Of a DNA stretch of 64,000 nucleotides, positions 38,641 through 51,348 are shown piece after piece. Positions within the stretch are counted from its first letter, which is position 1; the number at the start of each line of letters is the position of its first letter. The stretch spans positions 79,856,001 to 79,920,000 of the forward strand of contig NC_059426.1 of NCBI RefSeq assembly GCF_021028975.2. The letters run 5' to 3'. The translations under genes and the position numbers were made by a program. This DNA comes from Sphaerodactylus townsendi. Lineage: Eukaryota. The notes under the pieces are model-generated. The model was not told where the DNA came from. It did not search any database and saw only the letters and a list, made by a program, of their open reading frames with translations.

Positions 38641-41600
38641 AAGTACACACATCTCATCATTGCCCTACCACCACCCTGGAGGAGCTTTTTCAAATGCATA
38701 TTTTCCCCAGCCATTTAAGAAGTCAGGGTCTTGCAATCACATCCAACAATGAACTCTTGTAAATGCATCTTATTGGTACTTGGTCGGTGCGTGCTATTAG
38801 TATTTTGGCTGTCATCCAAAGGAGCCATTTATACTCAGGCAAAGGAATAGCATGAGAGTGATTTCAGGTTTTCACTGATGCAGCACGCCCAGTGGATGAT
38901 GCAAGATGCCATTCAGTCTGGGGAGAAAAGCACCCTAGCTCATTGACTGTGGGAGCTGCATTCAAAAATTCAAAACAATGTACAAACTTCTGTAAGAAAT
39001 GACTCATTAAGTGCTTAGGTACTAGCACTTTCTAGATAGCAGTGTTTTGGCTTATTTAGGTTTTGCTTGGATCTTCTGGTGCATGAGCATTAGGACACTG
39101 CTGATGCAATTTTTGGTGTTTGTAGAGAATCCCTACATAGTTGAAAACGGATGCACATTCTTAGAAAACAAAAGTTAAGAAATTGCATTGATGGATTTGT
39201 CTGTAATTTTTCACCTTTGTACGGTTATGAAATACTTTGCAAACATCAATCTCCTCAAAATATAAAAAGTGCCTATCACTGTATCTTAATTTTTTTTTTA
39301 ATTCTGCGTTGATTTTCCCTGTGGTATTGCTGGATTTAAACAGCAGAATGGAACAGATCGGCTATCCTAAACTGAGTCATTGAGACTATGCCACTCTGGG
39401 GCCACCAATTTATTGAGGATTTTTTTTTCTGAAATGCTATCTCACATGTTTGGTATTTTGGGGACAACTTGTCATAGTCTGCAATCAATCATATTCTTAT
39501 CACCATTTACAAATACACTAACTGCTCTTTTAGTGGACTAAAGCCCCCTGAAATGGATAAACATTCAATTGTGATCTTGTCAGTTCTACAGCCAGTGAGC
39601 ATCTTTCTTTATTTCCCTCAGTATGCAAATGTAAGTTCACATTTATACTTTCTGTACCTGATTTTGGCAGTGATGTACAACCCTATTAATGTTTAGCAAT
39701 TCTGAATCAAGGGAATAATAGTTGGACATCTGCATTTGCCCCTTTGAGGCTGTCATAGATGCTCCATCTTCACCCAACCAGATGGCAGTGAACTGTTCAA
39801 TGTGTGTTGTGCTATTTTCCTTACAATGTCATAATGCTCTGCAAACGAACTCACTTGTCAGTCGACACTCCAGAGGGGCTAGGCTTGATTATGGTGAGGT
39901 GCATAACTAAGTGATATTACACTGGGACTGGCTTTCAAAAGCCTTGTCATAACACACTTTTAAACAATATGACAGCAGACACTTAAGTGTACGTAAGGTG
40001 GAGTAGAGATTGCATTATCTTGAGACTGGGAATGGTATATTTAGATCAGAATTCAAGGGAAGCATACGAGCATCAGAGAAAGCCATACAGACAATGATTT
40101 ACTTCTTCACAGTGCTGCATCAATTCCCACATCTGAGCAGACACATTGCTTTTTAACTGGCAAAGTTGCTTATATATTTGACAGTGAAAATAGCTGTGGA
40201 AAAGCTATGAAGTAAACATTTTGGAGGGTGACTTGGCTGTCTTACAGGTGTGTTTGTATTCTTTGGTAGCTGACTGGCCGTTATAATTTCTTTCTGTTGC
40301 ATTCTCTTGAAGGTCAGGAAAGTGTGGTTGTTTGGTCTACATTTTCTTTGTTTGGAGTCAGGTTGTTCCCTCCTTTATAGCTTCTTTCTATCTATAGTCA
40401 GGGCTGGCTGTCATGGAAACTGAGAATAAATTTTGCATTTCCTCCAGTTTTGTGGTCTTTACATAGTTTTGTTTGAGATAAGGAGTGAGCCAGGAAAAAG
40501 GCAAGGAATTGTGATGATGCGAAGGCAGAATTGAGCCATAGGAAGACTTAGAGACTGTGCGGAGCAGGGGTGGGTAGGATACACCACTGAACACTTTAAT
40601 CAAGATTAATTTTTATCTTGCCTTTAGTCAAAGCCATGTTCTTTTTTTCTGCTATACCATCATTTAACCTAGAAGTGTATTTTTTATGTTTAGTGATTGG
40701 GGCAATCACAGCTTCTGTTCACTCCAGCCAACTTCCTTCTTTTTTATCATTGTGAAAGGGGTTACTTCTTTATCTTTGAGTTTGCCCGGGTTCATTTTTT
40801 ATTCCATGCCCCCATCCTTTCTATTCAACTGGTTGCCCATTCTGTGACTGTCCTATTCCTTCCTTATCTCAACTATGTATTGTCATTTGTTCATCCCATC
40901 TCATTTTTTAATCATAGCTACCTGTTGTTGATTGTAAGCATCTAGGCATAATATTTGCCACAAGTTTATCCTATTTAATATCTTGTACATAAATGATGCT
41001 AAATAAATAGGAATATTCTTTGAAAGCTGGCATTCTTACACAGGTAAATTTTAGCTCTCATAGAAACAACACAGCTTCTTCAGTAAAAACTCAGCTTAGA
41101 CAAAACTGCAATAGAATGCAAAAATTAGGAAAGAATTATCATTATGGAGGGGGCAAAATAGACTTGGAATTATGGGCTTTATAGCTACAGTCAAAGCAAC
41201 ATTCATGTAGTCTATCATCTTCAATTATTCATCATGTTTAAAAGATTTACAGTAACTGAAGAAAGATAGGAGCCAAGATGGAGTGCATGGAACAATTGTG
41301 AATTGCACTGTACAGGAATTGAACTCCTTATGGGGACAATTATGATTTCCTGCTTAATGGAGATCTTATCAAACATGCTGTGGCTATAATCTTTGTGTAA
41401 CCCATATACGTCTCTGTACAAATCCGATTTATATGCTATTTATACATGGAGGCCTTTAATATGAGCAATAAGAGAAGAAATATTTCAAGAGGCAGAACTA
41501 GTGGACACTTTGTGGAATCTTTGCATGTGTTACAGTTCAATACTATGCCGAGTTGCAACTTTCGGAGGCCATGACTCTGTTTAGGATTGTAGGCACAGAA

Positions 41601-44073
41601 CTTAAAAAGCTGCACGGGAAAGGAAGAGAGGTTGTTTTGTACAATATATCCAAAAATGAAGATGTGTTACACTGATGCACTTGTTTGACAGGAAGATTGT
41701 TACTCCAGTCTTATTGATTGGCTTTGCACTACCTGTCCTGCTGAAGTGCTATCCAGTGTCCATCAAAATCCTTACCCTTCCTTTACTTCTAATTATGACC
41801 CAAACTTCTCTGCATAGGCATTCACAACTCTCATGAGCTACATGAAAAGAATTACACAGTAAAATGCCAGAGAAGAGGGCAAAAGGAGACCCATGCTGTC
41901 ATGCAAGAGTGGTACAGAGACACTTAGAAAACACACCTGTGTTGCAAAGGCAGTCTGCATGGGCAGAAGTGCCCTATCCCCTAGCACCATCAGTGCTAGA
42001 ATTCTCAACACAACATATTATCATATCAGCCTGTAATATTGTTTTGCCTATCTCAAACTGACAAACTTCCAGCTGGAGGCTGGAGATTTCCTGGAATTAA
42101 CAGACTACATAAATCACTTATTAATTATTTATTTCTGGAAAACATTTGTTCCATTTATCCTGGAGAAAAGGTGGATTGCGTGGCATTATACCTTACAGAG
42201 GTCCCTCCCTTCCCTAAACCCTATTCTCCCAGGCTCCACGCACAGATCTCCAGGTATTTCCAAAGCTAGAGTTGGCAATCCTAACCTATCTGTCTAATTT
42301 TTTTAGTTTCACCTAATCCTTAAGGTTCAAAGCAGATCACAACAGACAAGTTTACCACTTAACAGAAAGGAAGTACATAATGTATTCAGAGATGACATCT
42401 GTAGTAATCTTTTCTGCTTCTAAACTATGCTACCAACCTAGAAAACTGTAAGCAGAATCCAAGGAACAGAAATGTTTTCCCATCAATTTCTATACCTATG
42501 CTGGGAAAGGGCAGGGTACAAATCAAATCAGATTTTAAAAATAATGCCAGATTTCTCTCCATTCTTTCTCTTATGTAAGGGCTGTCTAGTTTAAACTGCT
42601 AATGGGTGATGCTGTCAATATAGTATCACTGAATTACATTAGAACACTCGTTGGTAAAAAAAGCCTTTAACATTTGCCTAATATTCAGACTACCCTTATG
42701 TTACTTGAGTAGATGGAGGGGCAGAGCCCAAAAAATGAGGCTTGTTGTGATACTAAGTACTTTCAACTACATTTTAGTTTGATGGTAGGCAGCTGAGTAG
42801 AGAAACAGCCCTAAGTATCCAAGATCTCAATATTCTGGTTTCTTCCTTGTTTCTGAAGGTTCAGGAATATGTAGCAAAGTTTCTTCTTGTAATTCAGAGA
42901 TGTTTTGGCATCTCCCTTAATCCCCAGTTTGTCACATTGCCAGCCATTCCCTTTAGCAACAGACATTGATGTCACAATCCAGGGATTATTGCCTCTAAAG
43001 AGAAATCTGAAAGAGAGGAAGGACTAGAGGGCAACGTTTCTTTATTACCACATGCATACGTTTTTTAACAGCTTTGTCAACTAAGGCAGAAGATAAATGC
43101 TAGTTAGAGGCAGAACTATTTCAAATGCAACTTTACTACTTAAAACTAGTTTCCCATTATGCCTATTCCTTTTGAATGACCCCTATGTATCCTGGTTGCC
43201 CCTTCAGAATCCACGGGGCTCTAAATAAGCATGCTGTGAACTGAACCAGGATCATACCTGACAGATGAACATACTTTGTTCGGTAGGTAAGCTGATTCGA
43301 TTGTCTTGGTGTTCTCTGATGAACACAGCAATACTGTACTGCAGAACTTTGCACTTTTGTAGTCTCCTCTTGGTTGCTGCAGCTTGCAGCTGCTTTTGCC
43401 CAGTCCAAGAAGTAAATCATCTTATGTTCAGGAGATTGGCAGTAGTCATGGCCAGCCTTGTCATTAAATTAAGTGACTTGCATAAAGCATGGAATTGCTT
43501 GCTTTTCTCCTTTTTTTGCACCTGTGCAGTTCAATGCATCAGTTAAACGGACAGCATCAACTAGGTTACGTTAATTTCATGTTACGCGTATGCAGTTCGT
43601 TGTATCCATCTGAGAATCAACTGCAAAATTAGCAACCCTTCTCTACAAAAATCCACTCCTGATTTCTCCCTTTGCCATCCCCTTTCTATTTGGAAACTTT
43701 CTATTAAGAGGCTTTTTGAAAGCACATGAGGCCCTTTTTTTTTCTCCAGGGTTCTCCATCTTTTTCTCCTCTACTCGTTGTCCTGAAATATGCACTGTTC
43801 TTGTTGAGGCTTTACTGCCATAAAAGCATTACAATATAAGATTGATGATTGGATTCAGTATTTTTAAAAGTTATGGGGATCCAACAGCAAACTTGCAGCC
43901 CATGTTCTCTATCCAGTCCAAGTGACTTTGCACTGGACAGTTCACTCCAGATGCTTTCCTTTTCTTCAGAACACCCAGAGGAGACCTTCATATTGCCTGA
44001 GATCGTCTGATAGCAACAACTTCATTCATGTTTGCATACCTATAACATGGTCGTGTTTTTCAAATTTCTGGTT

Positions 44074-44600
44074 GTCATGAATCAACCTGCAGAGTCCTCC
44101 TCAGACAAAGAGCAAACGGAAGGAGTTTGTTTGAGAAAGAGGAACAGCCACAGGCAGAAATCAGAACAGAGTAGCAGCCACAACCGAAAGATGGCTCAAC
44201 ATATCTGCAGCCTTCCAGGTCAAGAACTTCTCACAACAAGCAACAGTCTCCAGAGGGATTGCCAAAGTTGCTAAACAGAGGTGGAGATGGATTTGACACA
44301 AATTACAACAGAGATGATGGAGTGCCAGGTTGCCAACCCAGCATATAGAGCCCTTCTTGACAGCAGTGATGATGCAGAGCAGGGCTAAGGCACACCAGCT
44401 GGCTTGAAATGTCAGATCAGCCTTATTATCCTTAAAGCTCAGTCCTTATCTGGTGTATGTGTTTTTGAGGGCTTCTGTGTTTGGTTTTTTGAGGGCTTGG
44501 GGAAGCATTTGTCTGTGTGGGAGGTTCTGTTGTTGTTGGCTGTGTGTTTGCCTCATGCGGTTGAGGAGTGGGGATTCTGTTTAATCACTCAACCAATTTA
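44074..44600 (+). mobile_element. Possible Gypsy-like LTR fragment
   Basis: Starts tgtcatg, GA-rich U3-like stretch, then T-rich segment; no right end found. Confidence 0.3.
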
Positions 44601-44609
44601 AATCAACTA

Positions 44610-45100
44610 CCAGTCACTGCCACTTGCTCTTTGACTCGTTCAGAAGCAGTGACAATAACTGCTCTGGGCGCTCCCCTGCCCTCCCTTTTCCCGTGGCCCA
44701 CTTGAGCCGGGAGGGTGGCAGCAGCTGGCAGGCGCCAGGCTTGCCACAGCTTACTGGCTGCTGCCGCCCCCCCTCAACCTCCATTAGCGGTGGCCCTGCT
44801 GTCTCGACTTCGGAGGCAGCAGGGTCACCACCGATGGAGGTTGAGCCAGGGAAGGGGGCAGCAGCAGCTGGTGGGCCTGTGGCTTGCTGTGACCCACTGG
44901 CTGCTGCCACCCCCCCAACCTCCATTGGTGGTGGTCCTGCTGCCTCATCTTCGGCCTTTTACGGGGCTGGACTGAGGAGTGCCTGGTGGGCCCGTGGAAG
45001 GCTTTGGTCTGTGGGGGGCCATTTTGCGCCCCCCCGTGACTAGATAGGTGGCACCTGGGGATATGGGTTACCCCATGTTCCCCTGGCAGGTACACCCCTG
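44610..45100. mobile_element. GC-rich hAT-like element, right part
   Basis: Ends ggtacacccctg; internal ~60-bp unit repeated directly and inverted (44750-44955). Confidence 0.55.
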
Positions 45101-45207
45101 GTTCATGTAAAGAACTGGGAAATCAAACCTGGTTCCCCTGATTAGAGTCTGCTGCTCTTAACCACTATACCACTGCATTGCAGCATATTCTGTGGCATAA
45201 TCTAGGC

Positions 45208-45540
45208 CAGGGATCCCCAGTGTGGTGCCCATGAGAGCCATCGTGCCCCACACCTTTTCTGGCACTGCCAATTGTTTTTATGAAGTGGGTGGCATCAGGC
45301 TTCTAATTGACTACTGGGGATTTGATTGACAGTGCATATTTTTAAAAAGGTTACTTTTGTCAGTAGCTGCCACCATAGCACAAAACTGAAGTTAAGCTGT
45401 TGCAATAGTTTTGCGGCAGCCAATTTGTGGCAGCCATTTTGTGGCAGCCAATTTGTTGTTGCACTCACCATGTCAGAATTTCAAATATCTTGTCATAATT
45501 TGAAATGTTCTTGCAGGCTCAAAAATATTGGGAATCCCTG
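45208..45540. mobile_element. hAT MITE
   Basis: TIRs cagggatcccca / tgggaatccctg; 8-bp TSD atctaggc / atttaggc. Confidence 0.85.
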
Positions 45541-46790
45541 ATTTAGGCACATACTTCAGTTCATGCAGGGCACTGGCCAGGCCTCTTGTATCCCTATTGC
45601 TCCAACAAGCAGAATGTACAACCTAGAATGTATCCATTACTCTCTCATGGCTGCATTTTGCAGAGGGTAGTAGTGGGCAACCTATAGTTTTCCCATCCAG
45701 AGATCCAAATAGGATTCTAACTCCAGAACACCGTTTTAAAAACCACTAACTTATGGAAAGATCAAGAGACTTGCCTTACATTACCTCCTTAATCCTAAAC
45801 GCAACATAAAACACAAGCTATAAATGAAACTGAATATTTGCCTTGAATGAACCCTTTCCCACATTATAATCCTAGCCAGTTTCTTTCTCTTTATTCCCTC
45901 ACCATGCAATTCAAAATGTAAAAAGAACCCAACTTTTAATGTGAATTGAAAACTCCCTGCCAACAAATTACTTTATACATTAGAGTGGAAGCAGGCAGCT
46001 TCAAAGTTTTGAATATAAAATATTTGTGAAATTTAATATGCTTTGTTTGTATGGCTGTTTAGAGCATTCAGTATTCATCACTAACAGATAGTCAACAGAT
46101 AATTTATGACTTTTGATAACAGGTTTAATCCTTTTAGAATGTTCATGGTGCGCTGCTGGTGAACCAGATTTGATCAAGGATCTGTTTGAGAACCTTCTCG
46201 TTCCATAGCATGTCTGCCTCATTTATAAAAACAGCAACATTTATGTGTTTCATTAAATTTGTATGCACTCATGCGAATTAAGCAGAATCTCTGCTTCACT
46301 CAGCCATATCTTTCCTAAAAGCAGCTACAGGGCTGGATCCGCTGTGATTTCTTTCTTTTTGAAGAAATTTACCACTATATCCAGCCCACAGTGTTTAATG
46401 CCTGTCTCTGGTTTGTAAAAAGCTTTGTTGATTTCATGAATTATGCTAAGGTGTTGCTGATTCAACCCTCTAGGCAGAAACTTTTCTCAGCTCTTACAGA
46501 GATCTTGCCAAGTTAATGAATGAGATGGGGTTTTTCCCTATTTCATGAATGTAGACAAAGTTTAGTGTTATATGTGTGTGCATTTTTCTTTACAAGTTTG
46601 CTCCTGTATTTTTGAATTATTTATGACATCTTATCCTTCAAGTGTATGATGTATAGGATTTGGTGGTTCAGACATCATGCATTTATTTGTGAGAATGTGT
46701 GTATGTGTGGCTGATGTCTCCGTTAGTGAATGTTCAAGATTTAATAAATCCAAACTAATCTATTAGAATAGTGGAAGGTAGAATGTATGT

Positions 46791-47040
46791 AGAGCCAGCA
46801 TGGTGTAGTGGTTATGAGTGGTGGAATCTGGAAAAGCGGGTTTGATTTCCCACTTCTCCACATAAAGCCTGCTAGGTGATCTTGGGCCAGTTCATGGTCT
46901 GAACTCTCTCAGCCCATGAGGAGACAGGCAGTGGCAAACTACCTCTGAATGTCTCTTGCCTTGAAAACCCTGTGGGAACACAATAAATCACCTGTGACTT
47001 GATGGCGTGTGCAGGCGCTTGCACTCACACACACACACAG
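46791..47040 (+). mobile_element. tRNA-derived Sauria-type SINE
   Basis: agagccagcatggtgtagtgg head, B-box gggtttgatttccc, ggcaaactacctctgaa...gtgacttgatggc tail, (ac)n end. Confidence 0.75.
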
Positions 47041-50000
47041 AGAATGTATGTGTTTCCCTAGTAACTGATGACACTTTCCTGTTTAAGTATCACAGGCATC
47101 TTTTTCTTATGTTTCCTGCTAGTCACAGCAATTATATTATTTTTAGCTATGATTCACAACAATGTGTGGATAAGTGATGTGTCAGTCTGAAATAGTTTTG
47201 TTTATTTTTGACAGTATTTGCAGAAAATGGTGATTATAGAGCATTCCATCTGTCAATTAATTCTTTTTCTTTTGGGTTGCAGCATGAGAGTTATCACTTT
47301 ACACTGCATGTGTCTGGTTTGTGGCCAAAGCAACCTCTATCACCTCAACTTGACAAAAATGTTGAATTTTTTTCTTGAAGGCTGCATAGCATAAAAACGC
47401 TTTATGTAACAACAGCCTAACCAAATATACATTAGGTTGATGCCAAAAGTTCAAAGGTATGAATCAGTCCTCTGAGCTGAGATCTTAACCACAGTTCAGA
47501 GAAAGATAGCACAACTATGTTGTAGATTCTAAAGAACTTCAGAAAAGATCTGCTATTTATTTTTCAAATATTCTCCTTCTTTAATACATAATCTTTGAAT
47601 GAATTAACAAAAACATTTCTCTTCCATTGAAATCCCTCCTTATCTATGTTTGATCTGGCCTCAGAGAAGAATGAGCTGTTGTATGTGTGGATGGTATTTA
47701 TTTTTTGTTGTCTGTATATGTGTGTGTGTGTGTTTATATATATATGTATGCACAGAGTGAAATCTCCTGTGACAAAAACATAATTAAAAGCATTGTTCTC
47801 TCTCTCTTTCTGTATATGAAAATTACATAGTAAGCACAACTAACCCTCATCCTTCTGCAAATACTGTATAAGTTTTCATTATTTCTGTTAATTATATTCA
47901 CAATTTGAATATTTTGTTCTATGTGTAACCTGCTTTATTATGGCTGAAATCTGGTCATTCTGTTCTATGATATTTTTTTCATATATTAGCATAAGCTTCA
48001 TGTAGTGAAAATGTAGGGAAGACTTTTTAATAAAATTATGTTAACCTGATTCAAGCCTCAGTGTTGAAGTTCTGATTTCTGTACCATTTTAATTTAAACT
48101 GCTCCAATTTAACTTAATGCTTGTCTTAATCAACTGTCTAAGCTAATGCCTATTCAGCTACTAGTAAAAATGAAAAAGGCTGCCAACTGGAAGACTTTGA
48201 CTGGTTTTGCTAACTGGCTTTAATTATACCAGATTGATTAGCAGGCCCAAGTTCTTGTGCATTTCTTATTCTGTGCATGCCACTGGAAAAATTCAATGAG
48301 ATAGATTATTGCCTTTTTTCTGAGCCGGGAGTACAAATCTATGGAAGGTGACACATACCAGTATCTAGCCAGAGATGTTATCTAGAATTAGTATTTATTA
48401 TCTTAGGTCAAATACTTTTTAGGATTTTTAAAAAATAATGTCTTCAGACATGGGGTCACTTTGCTTGCAGGGGTAACTACTTGTAGGTAATACAGTACAG
48501 AATTTGCTGATAATCCCTAATTTTAAAATTCAACTATAACTGCAAATTGTAGATATACATCAGAGCTCAATAGGCTTACCAGCCACCCTCCCCTGGCTGA
48601 AGCAGAGGAACCTGCCCCTGCTTCTCATTCCCTGCCACTGAGAAAAATGTTAAAAAATGGATGTAGATCCACAATGTGATGTTACTTCCAGAAAAAAAAC
48701 AAGAAGTGATGTCAATCCTTTTTAGGAATCACCATAAACTCCTCTATGGTGTCACCTATGGTTTCCCATAAAGTTTCTCACTGCTCCTAGACAGTTATGA
48801 TATCACTTTCAGGTTTCTCCAGAAATGATGTCATGCTGTTGTTGCCCACTGCCTCCCACACCCTGCCCCCTATCTCTCCCTCTAGTTGCCAGATTGAGCC
48901 TGGCAACTGTGGGTTTTAGTGAAAAGGAAATAAACCTTTTTTTGAGGCTTATAGTAAATACATGTTTGGGGTTGGGGGTTGGGTCCTATTCCACAGCACC
49001 TACTGATTGCTTCCCTGCCCCATGACCTATTCTGGCAGGGTTGTCATATTTGCCAGGTAGCGGAGTCTGATTCAGAAAGGAGGGTTCTCACCTGACATTA
49101 ATGGTGCCAGCCTCCAGGTGGGTCCTGGGGATCCCATGGAATTATAGTTCATCTCCAGACTACAGAGTCCAATTCCCTTGGAGAAAATGGATGGTCTGGA
49201 GGGTGGATACTATGGCATACCCCACTAAGGCCCTTATCCTCTCAGGTGTTTTATATATAGTGTTTCATGTAGTCAAGAATTACTATTCTTTTAATGCATC
49301 ATTTTGCACCAGTAAATTGAATGCCAAATATTTCGATGATTCAACAATCGCTTGTAGATTTGGCAGTTGTAAAACTAAAACTGAAGCAATTTTCTACAAT
49401 GTTTTGCCTCTTCATACTTTAGATATAGATGTGGGTGATGTTTCTCAGCTGGTGTGTGAGTCTAGAGCAATTTAGTGAATTCCTAAAAATAGGTCAGTAT
49501 TATTTTGCTATTCCCAGCCCTAGTGCTAATGTTGAATGAATCTTCATGAATGCTCAATGAACAGATGAACAAAACAGGCTGCAAGTACACACAGTACAAT
49601 ATCTACTACTTTTGCAGTACAACTTTGCTGACTTCAACTGCTGTGACTTTCTGTAAAGAATAGCATGCTCTTGAGTTCTGCCTGTGAAAGGAAAACATTT
49701 GTATGTAAACAAGTACCATTAAAGTATTTTAAACCGGTCTTTTGTTGATATTACTGTCAGAGACTAGCATGTACTTAGTATATAAATGGTACCAAGACTG
49801 AAGCATACTGGAGTTTTTGATACCTAATGCTACACTAGTAGAGATATGCTTACCACTTTGTGGTAAAGAATTCACTCAGTACGTGTTTAGGGAATCAGTT
49901 TCCATTGTTACTGTTTCACAAAATCAATGTTCAGTACTTGTTTTTCAAAGTAAGCAACTATTAGTATGATGATTTGTATAATTTTCACAATATCTGCACA

Positions 50001-51338
50001 ATATGCACATTAGGCCACCCAGATTTAGGGAACTAGAATACTGTAACCTTAGGTACGAGCCTTTAAGGGCAGGGCAAGTGAAGGGGGTGGGGGAGCACAG
50101 TTCAAACCTGCAATGTCACTTACAGGTGTAGATTCAGAAGTGACACCACCGTGTCATGCAGCGCTCTAGGAATCCCTAGAGTCACTTGACATATTGACCT
50201 CTTTTCCAGTTCACACTGCCCTGCAGTGCCCCCCATTTCCTTCCCTCTACTACACCAACAGTAGGTAATTCATAAGCCTATGTTCAGGGAATGACATACT
50301 CATGGCACATTATGCAAACTGGAAATAGCCCCACAACCCTTCCTCTGGAGTTACAACTTATTTCCAGACTACAGAGGCCAGTTCCCATAGGGGAAATATT
50401 AGTTTTGGAGGGTGGACTCTATGGCATTGCATCCCTGTACTCTCTCTCTCCTTCCCAAATTCCCCCTTTCTTGGGGTATGTCCCAAATCTCCACAAATTT
50501 TGCAACTCAGAGTTGGTAACCCTGTGCAAATGCCAATTTTCAGGCTCTTTATCCAGGTATTACTCTCATCCTATTTTGGGATGAAGTACAGAATCATATG
50601 AGAAGACCATGGCTGTAGTTAAATCTTCTCCTCCCCACCCAAAATGTCATGCCTAATCAAACTGGAGGGGAGTTCAATTCAATACATTGTGTACTTGTTT
50701 TGCAGACAATTGAAATTCATTGCATAATGTATTTCCCCCCTTTCTTCCCTGTGCATATGAGGCTGAAGTTCTGTGTGCTCAGGATTAGTGGTTTAAACAA
50801 ACACCATTCTCTCTCGAGGTCTGTTATCTTACACAAGCAGCTTGCTGTCTGCTTTGTGTGACTGCATGAAATCCATCCTCTGAAGAAGTGCAATCACATT
50901 TTTTAAAAAGTGGTGTAAAACAGGAGAGAGAATGTGTGAAGCCATTAGTGACACCCAGCAACAGAAACAAACTAGTATAAAAGAGGTGGGTGGGTGGGAG
51001 GGGGGGATCATGTCATCTGTCATCCCCCAGATCTCTAATGATTGCCATCACCTTTGAGCCATTTGGCTATTCCTTTTTATCTGCAGATCTCCAGGGGCAG
51101 TATTGCCACTACTTGCATTGCTACTTTCCAATGGATTAACCAGAGCAGATCTGAGCCTCTAACACTCTGAAAACCATTTTCATTTAAATTATTTCCCAGT
51201 GCTCCACACTACTCAAAATAAACCTGTTTTGACTTCTTCAGTCTGTGAGCACGGAACAGGTTAAAAATGGAAACAAGCTAAAAGCTCTTTTTTCCCCCTT
51301 TGCCTGAAAAATCCACTGATGCAGGGTGAAATTAAAGG

Positions 51339-51348
51339 CTATAAATAG
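51339..51348 (+). promoter_or_regulatory. MEF2 / TATA-overlapping motif
   Basis: ctataaatag = CTA(A/T)4TAG; second match ctaaaaatag at 49483-49492. Confidence 0.35.
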
